A stretch of 64,000 bases of DNA from the human T2T-CHM13v2.0 reference genome, Homo sapiens, in the NCBI RefSeq assembly GCF_009914755.1, contig NC_060925.1; one strand, given 5' to 3'. The notes below the pieces were generated by a model. The model saw only the letters and a list, made by a program, of their open reading frames with translations, was not told the DNA's origin and made no database searches. The position numbers and the translations under genes are program-made. Positions within the stretch are counted from its first letter, which is position 1, and every line of letters begins with the position of its first letter. Below, piece after piece: positions 1 to 12,875 of the stretch.

Positions 1-1181
1 GAAGATTTGGTGTCATATGCTAAAAGTATAGCTAACCGGACAGTTGATTTTTAGAAAGCAAAACCTTTTTAAACATTGTACTTAGCAATTCTTCGAATTT
101 CCAGTTTCTAAAAAGTTTAAGAATATTTTGTTTCTATTCCATCCATAAAATGAATTTAATACTGAGAAACTAAGTCAGTCAAACAAGGAGTAATATTGGT
201 TCTCCCCATAATTGGATGACATAAATATATGCAAGAGTCTTTAGTCAGTTAAATTGAAGCGTTAGTATATACTTTTGAATATTGATGGAATTGTGGAAGG
301 CAATAGTCCGTTTTTCACTATTAATATCCTATGGCTATAGATTTACATACAAGTTAACTAGTTTCTCTATTAAGTGGTATTTTTTACATAGCACAGAATT
401 TGAGAGCTTCTGGATGCAGAAAATACAAGGTTCAAACAAAGGAAAATTATATTCTTATTGTATAGATTTTTCCAAAGTCAAAATAGTCTGTTAAATTTGG
501 AAAAAAAAAACTTTATGAAGAAAAAACTTCAACATTTGTGATATATTCTCACTTATAAAAATTATTTCTAAATTTATGATGGTTCTATTTACAGGAACAC
601 ATCAGTTAGTACTTCATGGATCATTGTTTATAAATCTTATCAAGTTTGAGAAAAACATTTTTCTGTTTTTAAAGAGAGCTAAAAATTAATAGTAGTTATG
701 ATAAATAAAAGAACTGGTCACATTTATTTTTATAACAATGCTAAATGTAGATTTAACTGTGAAGAAATATTTTTCCTGAGTCTTCGTTTCATTTAATACC
801 TGGTAATTTATTTCAGGTCAGAATAAAAATGTTACCATGAATGCTATTGGACTACCATAGCATTTTCTAGTCTTTGATATCAAGCATTTATTAAAGACAA
901 TATAAATTCTAACACAGTAATATAAGTGGACTGTTATTGGCAGGCAGGTAGTTTGTTACGCTGAAAGATAATTAATAAGCTTCCTGGCAAAGAGAAATCT
1001 GTACAAAAATCTTTTGTACAGCATTCTGTACAAACAGAAATCTTTTAAGGTTTTTAATTTTAGGATGTGAGAGAGACTTAGTTATCTTTCTGTGACTAAA
1101 CATAACATACTAAGCATAAAAGCGCTAATGGTACACAATTTTATCTTCCTAGAGATTAGTTCTGAAGCTATTTTAAAAGTA

Positions 1182-1236
1182 TTAAGTTGATGCAGAGGTA
1201 ATTGCAGTTTTTGCCATTACTTTCAATGGCAAAGAA
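1182..1236. mobile_element. MADE1 (Hsmar1-derived MITE) fragment
   Basis: TTAAGTTGATGCAGAGGTAATTGCAGTTTTTGCCATTACTTTCAATGGCAAA resembles the MADE1 left half. Confidence 0.7.
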
Positions 1237-1250
1237 ATAATATAATCACA

Positions 1251-1626
<376 letters not shown>

Positions 1627-2081
1627 TAGTGAACTATAGGTTAAACAATGTCCAACACTGAATAGATCAGAAAAATTATACTTGGTTTTTCAAAAACTAT
1701 TAATGGAAAGTATATCAAATGAAAAGATAAGGGGTTGACTTTTTCAAAGCTGTACAGTGAATGCTCATCATTTTTTAGGGAGATGATATGCGATCAGTAA
1801 CTGAAAATTCTGATTAGTTGTCCAAACTTTATTGCGTTTAACTAAATGCAATGTCACTTATTAATAGAAGCCTGGTTGCAGGAAATAAATGCTATGGCAG
1901 ATTGCTTGAGGGCATGATAGGCTGAGTGTTACCTGTGGAAGAAGGATAATCAGAAAGCGTTCCCTTTAGATTGTGTTCAGAATTGGATTAATGGGAGGGC
2001 CAGGTAATCTAGTCTAAAAGTAGTAAAACATTATTGGAACTGTAACACATTAGTAAATTTTATTTACCAAAATTTCTCTTA

Positions 2082-2613
<532 letters not shown>

Positions 2614-3711
2614 CTAAACTGTGCCCTGAGGATAAGTGCAGTTAAGAGCGCTTTGTTTTGCTTAGAGGGTGCTGGTTTGGGGCAAGAGTGAAATTGTTCA
2701 GGATACTAGAGAGCCTAACCTGCCACAGCCATCCTCCTCCTAGCCTCCCGTGAAGTCTATGGGATGCCAATTCAAAATACCTGACCAGCTATTCACGTGC
2801 CCTTGGTCCACCTCTGAGATCCCTATTGAGTCCTTATAGAATTGCCTTTACTTAACAATGCTTTGGGGGCCATAAGGTATGCTACAAGAAACAGTAAAAT
2901 GAAACACAATAGTTGACTGTAGGGATGAGGTTAAGAGCAAAGGATCTTTTTCATAAGATCCAGAGGAGGTCTTTTGGGAATCAACTGTAAAGGATATTAT
3001 GCAACTTGCAACTGGGCATATTTTCTCCTTGGCTTTCGATGTTAGGAAACCTGAGAGACAGATTTGCCATCCAGTTTTTGAAACTGTATAGGCTCAGAGT
3101 ATGCATTTCTTTTCCTCTTATCTCTAGCTTCCATTCTCTTACCTATTTTTTTTCTTTCCCCTATCTCCAAATTTTTATTTCAATCTTCCATGTGATGAGT
3201 ATTTTTGATTATTCTCTGTTCTTTGGTAGCACTAGTTGAAGCCCCTGGTTCCAGCATCCCTTGCCTTCCTCTTTCTTAATTTATTCCTTCATTTGATAGA
3301 ATACCCCCTCCATAGCTTCCTGAGAAAGGGCAAAAAAGAAGCAATTTTTTTGACACCTGGCTTATTTAATATTTTATTTATTCTACCCTCACTCTTGACA
3401 GTTTGGCTGGGCATACATAGAAAATTCTCTTTTCTGTGTGGATTGGGCAAGAAAAAGTGGCACTCTTTGTTTCATTATGTTCATAATTTAGCTGCTCTAA
3501 TACCATAGTACTGGTCAAATTACTTAGCAACTTTAGAAAATCAGAGCAGGCATATGACTTTGAGCCACTGTTTACTGAGATTTATTACTATGTAATATAT
3601 CCAATTAACACTCTATAAAAGTAAACGTTTGCATTCTTACTTACTTTTTTCAAACATTTAGATATGGATTTTCTCTGTGTTGTTTGTATAACTTCCTTAA
3701 TCTTTTCCTGT

Positions 3712-4302
<591 letters not shown>

Positions 4303-5063
4303 ATTCCTTTTCTCTTTTTATTATGAGTGACATATGACAAAACGGCGTATATTGTAGGTTGTAGGATGATGTTACTATTTTTTGGTGTTTTGCCCTCACA
4401 ATTTACTCATTCATTCATCATTGGTTCAATAAACAATTATCGTCCTCAATTTCTCCATCTTGTTTCATTTTTCTTCATTCCATTGTCACTCTTTCTTTTC
4501 TCATTCTGAGAAAATCCAATATATGAAAACCTGCATTTACCCAAAAGAAAAATCAGAGAGTAATTATTCCCCTTGAGCCCACAGGCCAGTTCCAGCCGCC
4601 TGCATCTGCATTCTAAAAGGCAATTCTTCTCTACCAGGGACAGGTGTGGTATCCTATTTAAGGTAGTTTCTGAAGATTTTGAGGGTAAAAAGCAGATAAA
4701 GAACTGGCATTTCAAAGAGTGATGAGAGCAGAGTACAGTTAAATCATTTAATTAACACTCCAAAGCCTCAGTGCTTCTGTCTCGGGGTTGTTGTTGTCCC
4801 CTTTCCTCTCTCTTTACCTTTATGGACGTGTCACTTTCCCCTTCATATTTGCTTTGCCTCCTTTCTCTCTTCCCCACTTACATGGCCACAGTAAAGACTT
4901 GAAGTATTCTCTATTTTCACATTTGCTACATTTTATACTTTTTACTTTTAGTTTTCTCCAATTTGCCTGTCATCCTTCTCTGTATCGTTCCAATTTTACT
5001 ATATGTGCTGCCAAAGCAAGCACTACTTTTAGCTTCCCAACTAGTGAATTGAGACATTTATTA

Positions 5064-5148
5064 TTAGGTTGGTGCAAAAGTAATTGCGGTTTTTGCCATT
5101 ACTCTCAATGGCAAAATTACTTTGGCAATTACTTTTGCACCAACCTAA
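5064..5148. mobile_element. MADE1 MITE, full length
   Basis: Terminal inverted repeats TTAGGTTGGTGCAAAAGTAATTGC ... GCAATTACTTTTGCACCAACCTAA. Confidence 0.93.
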
Positions 5149-5659
5149 TCGTTTCAAAATCAAACCAAACCAAACATGAAAGTGCTTTTTATTGCTCCAT
5201 GGTCCCTAATGAAACTTTTTCTGTGGAATGATAGACATGGACGGGAAAGGATTGCTTTAGGCCCTGCTTACAAGAGCAAACTCCTCAAGTGTGATTTAAA
5301 TGATTCAATTAAGTGACTGTTTACAAAAGTGAGGCTAGGGTTAAGGAAAACTGACTATAAATGGTGGAACAGCCAGGGAATCCTTAGAGCAAGAAGCCTT
5401 TCCACCCCCAGGTCTGAAAAGGCCAGGGGAAAGAGCTCTTCTTAGAAGCCAGAGAGAGCTATAGTTGTGTGGGTAGGGTGGCCTTAGGTAGAGGAGGACA
5501 GCCACTGCCAAACCAAGGTTGGCAGAGAGGGAGCCCCAAACTCAGTCTGCTCTGTTTGCCCCAGTGTAGAGAAATTTTATTATAAAAGCCAAAAGACGGA
5601 GATTACAATGAGCAGCCTAGCTAATAATCATATAGGGCAATAATCAGGCAGGCCAATCA

Positions 5660-6034
<375 letters not shown>

Positions 6035-6269
6035 TCAAGTCCACTACCGGAATGGGTAAAATGACCAGCGGGTAAAGAAAAGAAAGATCTTCAGAGTCAA
6101 TGGTTTTGGGGAAAGATGAATGAGTCCTTAGATGAATAGATGATGGTTTGTGACAAGGTCTGGGTGTGGTGGACTTCTGGCCTCCTCTCCTGTGATAAGA
6201 GTTAATCATCAGAGGTTTGGTAACAATTGACTTCATCTTGCAGGATGTGTCTTTAGGCATATGGAGGGA

Positions 6270-6390
6270 AACTCAGAGAACCTCTCCATTTTGAAATTTT
6301 TCAAGTGCCTTTAGCTCAAAGTAATCAATATACAAAAAAATATATATACCAATATACATATTTTGGGGTGGCATTTCCTGAACTCCTTCA
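6270..6390 (-). mobile_element. ERV1 LTR 5' fragment (MER34-like), diverging from the next LTR
   Basis: Reverse complement begins TGAAGGAGTTCAGGAAATGCCACCCCAAAATATG. Confidence 0.6.
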
Positions 6391-6394
6391 ATGG

Positions 6395-6950
6395 TGCTGG
6401 GGTTCAGAAACCAACACCCTAAAGTATGGCACTTTAACATGCTGAACTTCAGATGAAGCCTCTCAAGGTCTCTCTGGCATGCCCCACCCCTCTCCGCACT
6501 CTCTCCCAGAGCACAAGGCCAATCTGTTCTCTGAAGTTCCCTGATCTGCCTAAAGTTTGGGTCCACCAAAGAAGAAAACAATTACCTGTGGTCCCTTCCC
6601 TGAGTTTTCAGTAACTGAACTCATATCACAGGAAGAAAAACTGAAGTTTGTCAACAAATTTGGACAGACTTTTGTCACAAACCATTGTCTGCTCTGCGGG
6701 CCCAACAGACTTTGTCTCAGGCCATTGTATGTTCCTCACGCCTACTGAATTCCCCAAAATTCATTTACTACTACCCTAAAATCATCCACACTTCCCCATC
6801 TCCCTTTCTCCTAAGAAGAAGGGTATATACAAGCATCTGTGTCCCATTGCATGGTGGTGTAATCACTCTATGATAGTTCCCCTATGCATGCTAATAAGTT
6901 TGTATGCTTTTTCTCCCATTAATCTGCCTTTTGTAAGTTGATTTTCTCCT
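6395..6950 (+). mobile_element. ERV1 LTR (MER39-like)
   Basis: Starts TGCTGGGGTTCAGAAACCAACACCCTAAAGTATGGC; TATA-like and AATAA-like LTR segments. Confidence 0.7.
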
Positions 6951-8730
6951 TATGAAAAGAGAAATATTAAGCTAATTGGGCTTACTTGGTATATTAAATT
7001 ATACGGGAAGCATTGCCAAATAAGAAGTAAGGCTAAACCTTCTTTGGATTATATTTGTATGAATGTGTTATTAACATATTTCAGAAATTGTGTGAAATTC
7101 ATAGAAATTTGATAGTTCTGGAATAACATTATCAGTCATAATTCTGGTTACTATCTTAAAATGTTGCATGCAACAGAAATAACCAAATTCCCTTCTCAAT
7201 TGTGTTATCATCGTAATGAACTCTCATCAGATCTTTAACTATGAACATTTGAAGTCTTGTTATTCTCAGCTGGCAATTGTTTACTGTGGTCTATCTTTTT
7301 TCTTTCTCCCCTGTTTCCTTATGTCCTAATTACTTCCTTTTCCTTGCAGGAAAATCCATGGAACCATAATCTATGGATGGCTTTAGGTAAGGCTTATGCT
7401 CTAGCAAAAAACCAGAGCAACTGTTAGGCTTATGAAGATAAGCTAGTTTCCACTGAGGAATGATTCCAATGGGGTTCTTGAGGGCTCACTCTTGGCAGTA
7501 GTAGTGTATCAGTCATATGGAATTTGAAACCAATCCATAAATTGGGGAAAAATCCTGGACTTTGTGGCTAACCAGAACTCCCAGAGGTTCAAACGGGCAG
7601 AAGTCATCCTTTGAGAAAGGTGGATGATGGCATATATACTTTTTTTTTTTTTTTCTGAGATGGAGTCACCCAGGCTGGAGTACAGTGGGGCAATCTCGGC
7701 TCACTGCAACCTCTGCCTCCTGGGTTTAAGCAATTCTCTGCCTCAGCCTCCCGACTAGCTGGGATTACAGGCGCGTGCCATCACGCCCGGCTAATTTTTG
7801 TATTTTTAGTAGAGACGGGGTTTCATCATCTCGGCCAGGCTGGTCTTGAAGTCCTGACCTCGTGATCCACCCGCCTTGGCCTCCCAAAATGCTGGGATTA
7901 CAGGCATGAGCCACTGCGCCCAGACAGCATATGTTTTAAGAAAAAACATTTACTGGAACATCATGTGGACTTAGAGCTTCTTTTTGCCCAAAATGGAGGC
8001 TTGTATATAGTATTGACAAAACTGAATATTGTGCCTGTCTGTCCCCTAATTTTGTTACTAGAGGAAGCTTAACTAAAAACAAAGGTGAAACTGCTGTTTC
8101 TTTAGACACTGCCATCAAATACATGAAGGAAATTTCTTAAGGGAAAGGAACACATGCTGTGTCCATGGCAGCAGCTAACAGTTGGTTTGCAGGAATCCTG
8201 AGTGGTGGATGGCAAGCTTGGCTTTTCCAGGGTTTTCTAATCTATGTTCTTCTAGTGGGTCTCCAGGTTACTAAGGCTTGTGTTATCAAGTTAATGACAA
8301 AATTGGATACTTATTTAAATCAGATCATTCTATAGCAAGCTGTGGTCCTTAATTTCCATCACACTTTGAATAAGGATTATGGCCAAATGGACTCAAATAC
8401 TGTTAAGCTGCCTATATTACTTACCTAAGCTTTGACTTGTTTGATTTGGATCAATTTGGTCCCTCAGGGCTCCTGTTAAGGAATACGCTTCATTTTTTGG
8501 TATTATCCTAAATACCAAATCCTATCTAACAGTCATCATGATAGTCCCCTGCTGTGCTGTATCCTCTCAAGTCTTAAATGTTAGTATGCAGCCATCCATT
8601 GAGCACTGAATGATCTCACTTTGACTAAATCAGCAAGAACATAATTATTCGACTGATGTGATAACTTGTGAATTCCATATTGAGACCAAGTAAGTCCATT
8701 TATGATGGTGACAGACAGTGGCATGAATCA
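6950..8730 (+). mobile_element. ERV1-class internal remnant with degenerate env, interrupted by an Alu
   Basis: Translated by eye: NLWMALGKAYALAKNQSNC* (7368-7427), ISD-like LEHHVDLELLFAQNGGLY (7953-8006), TM-like SWFAGILSGGWQAWLFQGFLIYVLLVGLQV (from 8180). Confidence 0.78.
7640..7924 (-). mobile_element. Alu (AluSg/Sc-like)
   Basis: Full antisense Alu with poly(T); GCATAT flanks. Confidence 0.93.
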
Positions 8731-8784
8731 GACATGTTTTTAGAAAGTTTTATTAATTTTATTTAAAATTTTATTTTCAGGAAT

Positions 8785-8945
8785 GGGATTGACTGCAAAG
8801 GAGCACAAGGGAACTTCCTGGGGTGATGGAAATGTTTTGTCTTGATTGTGGTAATGATTACATGACTATGTTTGTCAAAATTCCAGAACTTTATACCTAA
8901 AAGGGTGAATTTTACTGCATGTAAATTATACCTAAACACATGACT
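8785..8945 (+). mobile_element. Old L1M 3' end fragment
   Basis: GGGGTGATGGAAATGTT ... TGTAAATTATACCT, typical of an L1MB/ME 3'UTR. Confidence 0.7.
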
Positions 8946-9682
8946 TTTTAAAAAGGCCTGAAATCTTAACTACTCAGCTAAAAATAAAATAAAATAAAAT
9001 AAACAATTTAGGTGCAAAACAAGTTTTGTTTTTGGGACTGACAGAGGTCCAGTGATTGTATTTATTTATAAAGCTAATAATCCAATCCAATATATCAATA
9101 TCAATACTTTTAAATAGGATATAAAAAGTTATGAGATTTTTTAAAATAAGGATTTAGACTGCAAAATATTATGACTACAATGTTCCTGAAGCAACACTAT
9201 CTTAAAAAATATCTCAAACAGAAAATAACACTCTAATGCTCTCAATCATTGCAATAATTGAAACTTCCAGAATATTACCATAATGCTGCTTATATTACAT
9301 ACCCAAAGCCCTGTATTTAATAGTTAAAAACAAAGAATTATTTAATACCAGCTAGCTTCATTACTTGATAGATTAACTTGCTTGACAGATCAACATTACT
9401 TGATAGATTACTGGATAGATCAACTAGCTTCCTAAAACATAACTGTAGCTCAGCTTCTAAAAAAGGTGAAAGAAATTATTATATTCAACTGAACTAGATT
9501 TTAAAAATAAAGACTATCAAGAACATAGGAAGAGGTAATTAAATGACGGGTCCTCTCTACTAAGGTTTCAATAGAAGCAAATACATCCGAGAAACCATTT
9601 ACAAAGAACTCACCCTCATAATTGCCTTAGAGACCAAAGTCACAATTTTAAGGCCAAGATCTTTAGAAATCAGATAGGTCAG

Positions 9683-10452
9683 TGTGACGGTTAATTCTGT
9701 GTCAAACTTGACTGGATTATGGGGTGCCCAGATATTTTGGTCAAACATTATTCTGGGGTTATCTTTGTAAGGGTGTTTTGGATGAGACTAACATTTAAAT
9801 TGACAGACGAAAGCAGAGTGCCTTCTATAATGTAGGTGGGCTTTATCCAATCATTTAAAGGCCTGAATAGAATGAAAAGTTTGACCCTCCCCAAAGTGAG
9901 TGAATTCTTCCTACTTTTGAACTGTGACATGGGCTTTTTCCTGCCTTTGGACTTGGACTAGAACTACACCATCAGCTCTCCTAGGTCTCAAGCTTGCTTA
10001 CTCACCTTGCAGATCTTGGGACTTGCCAGCCTCCATCACTGCATAAGTCAATTCCTTATAATAAATCATATATGTGCACACACAGGCATGCCTCAGAGAT
10101 ATTGCAGGTTTGGTTCAAGACCACTGCAGTAAAGTAAATATCACAGTAAAGGGATCCACACAAATTTGTTGGTTTCTCAGTGCATATATGTTATGTTTAC
10201 ACTACACTGTAGTCTTAAGTGTGCAACAGCATTATGACTTTAAAAAAAGTACACACCTTCATTTAAACATATTTTCTTGCTAAAAAAATGCTGACAGACA
10301 TAAAGTGAGCACATGCTGTTGGAAAAAACGGTACCAACGGTACCAATTTGTAAATAACACATTATCTGCAAAGTGCAATAAAGTGAGACACAATAAAATG
10401 AGGTATGCCTGTATATCCTATTGGTACTGTTTCTCTGGAGAATCCTAATACA
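9683..10452 (+). mobile_element. MLT2 (ERVL) LTR interrupted by Tigger1
   Basis: TGTGACGGTTAATT..GTCAAACTTGACTGG start; TTCTCTGGAGAATCCTAATACA end. Confidence 0.8.
10083..10411 (+). mobile_element. Internally deleted Tigger1 DNA transposon with both ends
   Basis: TIRs CAGGCATGCCTC ... GAGGTATGCCTG, followed by TA. Confidence 0.85.
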
Positions 10453-11229
10453 ACCTGCTTTCAAATCAATTTAAGACCCTCCCCCCATAAGCATTACATT
10501 GAGGAAAATGTGGTTGCAACTTTGTCCTACAAATTAGGACAAAGAGACCTTTGTTGCCATATAACAATATTAAAAAACCAGTATGCCTACCTCTGGATGT
10601 ATTTGCTACAAATACCAGTATTAGATTGTAATTGCCAATCCTTTAAAACCAGTTTTAAGATGGATATAAAGCCCTAAAAATCTTGCAGCTTCCACATGCA
10701 CATCTGAAAAACTTCCAATTTACAAAGGACATTGTGGTATTTTTGGAAAACAAAGGAAAATGACACATACTAATTTCTGTCATTTATTCACGTCATAATC
10801 CCCAAAGCTACCTTTATTCCACGACTCTTTCCACCATTTTCCTACAGTCAGCTTTTTTTAAGGCTATAGCCTTTAAAAACTTGAAACAGAAAATTTTAAG
10901 GATGCAACCATTAGAAAATGTTCCCATACTACCATTTAACATTCCCCATTTATCATTATGTTTACTATCGTGTAATTTCCAACATAATATTATGAGGTCA
11001 AAGGCTCTACGAACGCCGTTTTACAATCTACCTAGGGAGGCAATGGCTGTGAAACACACCACACCAATGACAGGAATGCGGGTCACTGTGACACAACGGA
11101 TCCCTCTGCAAAGTCAAAGCTAAGAGTTCACTTTACGCTGACGGAGCTTCTTTCCAGGACCCCCACCCCCACCCAAGGACAGGAGAGTGTCGATTTCCCA
11201 AGGTGTCTGGCACTGCTTCTTGAAAACGC

Positions 11230-12120
11230 AGCTCTCATCTGGTTCCTGGAAGGTCATACTGGTTCGCGCAGGGCTCGGGACGGGGCGCTTGGCTTCTGAG
11301 GCACCCGCGCTGGCTCCTCACCCGGTGACCTTCAGGCCTCTGCGCTTGGCCTGACCCTAGAAGGGCCACCGCCCTTCACAGCGGGCGGGCACCGTCCCTC
11401 CCACGGCCCCGCCGACTGCTGACGCGGTGGCCCCAAGGGTCCAGGCCCGCACTTGCCCCACTCCCGCGGCGCCGTCCCCCATAGTCGGTCCCCGAGGGCC
11501 GCGCCCAGCTCCTGCTCGGATTTCAGCCCGCACCGCACCCCAGCCGCCAGGGAACCTTCCAGAACCCTGCCCCTCTGGCTTTCTCCCGAAAGCCCAGGGT
11601 CGCCGTCCAGGAAGAAACTTCGATTCATTTATTGAGCGCCGACTGTGTCCAAGGCCGAGGGAGGGGCGGGGTTTCCACGCGGGGAGACCCCCTAGGTTCT
11701 CGCCTCGGTAAGCGCCCGCGTTCCAGCACCTCGAGTCGCCCGCGGGCCCCCACCCCTCGGGCCGGGCCCGGTCCTCGAGGAAAACCCACGGCGGGGCAGG
11801 AAGGAACGAGGAGAGCCACGCTCCTTGCCCGCCTCGTCCCCTCCACTCCCCTTCACCTCACGGGACCCCAGGGAAGCCGCCGGAGCTAAAATTAGCAACC
11901 CGCGCAGCGCGCGCTCACGTGCGCGCGGCCCGGCGGGGGCGGGGAGCAAGGGGCGCGGTCCGGGTGAGTCACCGGCCCCGCCCCACTCGCCAAGAACGCG
12001 CTGACGTCAGCCGCTTCCCCGAAGGGTGACGTAAGCGCGCCACGGGGAGGCCGAGGCAGCTGATAGAATGTTCTGAGTTTCGATGCCTTAAAGGGACCAG
12101 GCCTGGGATCGTGAAACATC
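11230..12120. promoter_or_regulatory. Upstream CpG island (enhancer or lncRNA promoter) with GAS, HSE, MEF2, E-box, AP-1 and two CRE sites
   Basis: CpG-dense and repeat-free; TTCCTGGAA 11243, gGAAccTTCcaGAAc 11551, CTAAAATTAG 11886, CACGTG 11916, TGAGTCA 11965, TGACGTCA 12002, TGACGTAA 12027. Confidence 0.85.
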
Positions 12121-12664
12121 TGGGGAAACGACTCCACTCACTCACCTGCAGACTGAGAGCCCATCTTGTACCGTGTTATACTTTAAGAGAGTTGACTGTT
12201 GAGATGATGATGAAAACGGAAGAACAACTGAGCCTAGTTGGAGGCTCTTTGAAGTCCCAGAACCTCCTCCTGGAAGCCCTCCTTGGTTAACCAGATGGAC
12301 ATCTCAGTTGCCCTCTGAGCCTGAACCAAGTGTCAGGAAGAGTTTTCTATGGCCCTTGACTCCTTAACTCTTTGCTTATAGCGTCTCTGCTCTCTGATGC
12401 CTCTGCTGTCAGAGAAAGGCTGTGGTTTAAATATTTATTTATGAATCCATCAGCTTGGGCCAACTAGGTCCATTTATCACCGTTTTGACTGTGTCTAAAC
12501 TGTCATTAGTGGTGTGACTAGAAACCAGTTAATTTCGCTGGGTGGTAAATTCGTGGACTGATCTCCAAACCCTCCTACTGTGCTAATGTTGCCAATGGAA
12601 GTTTCCAGAGGCCAGGATCCCTGGCCAACACGTGATCGTAAACAACATCAGGGCCTCACAGGGA

Positions 12665-12875
12665 ACTCACAATTTACTGAGGTTTGCTCTGTGCCAGGTG
12701 TTTTCATGATCCTCCATCCCCTTGTCGTTTAGTCCTCTTCTCTGAGTCCTCCCCATTTTACTGATGAGGACGGAAATCGAGGCACACGATTAAGCGTTTC
12801 CCTGGGTCACACAGCTAATGAATGGCGAGCTGGAAGTCAGTCCCAGGTCATCAGACTCCGAAGTCCATGGTTTTG
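12665..12875 (-). mobile_element. MIR
   Basis: CCCCATTTTACTGATGAGG...GGTCACACAGCTAATGAATGGCGAGCTGG core. Confidence 0.7.

Noticed and set aside
11332-12137. Overlapping ORFs in the upstream CpG island
   Set aside because: Same GC-rich shadow-ORF artefact
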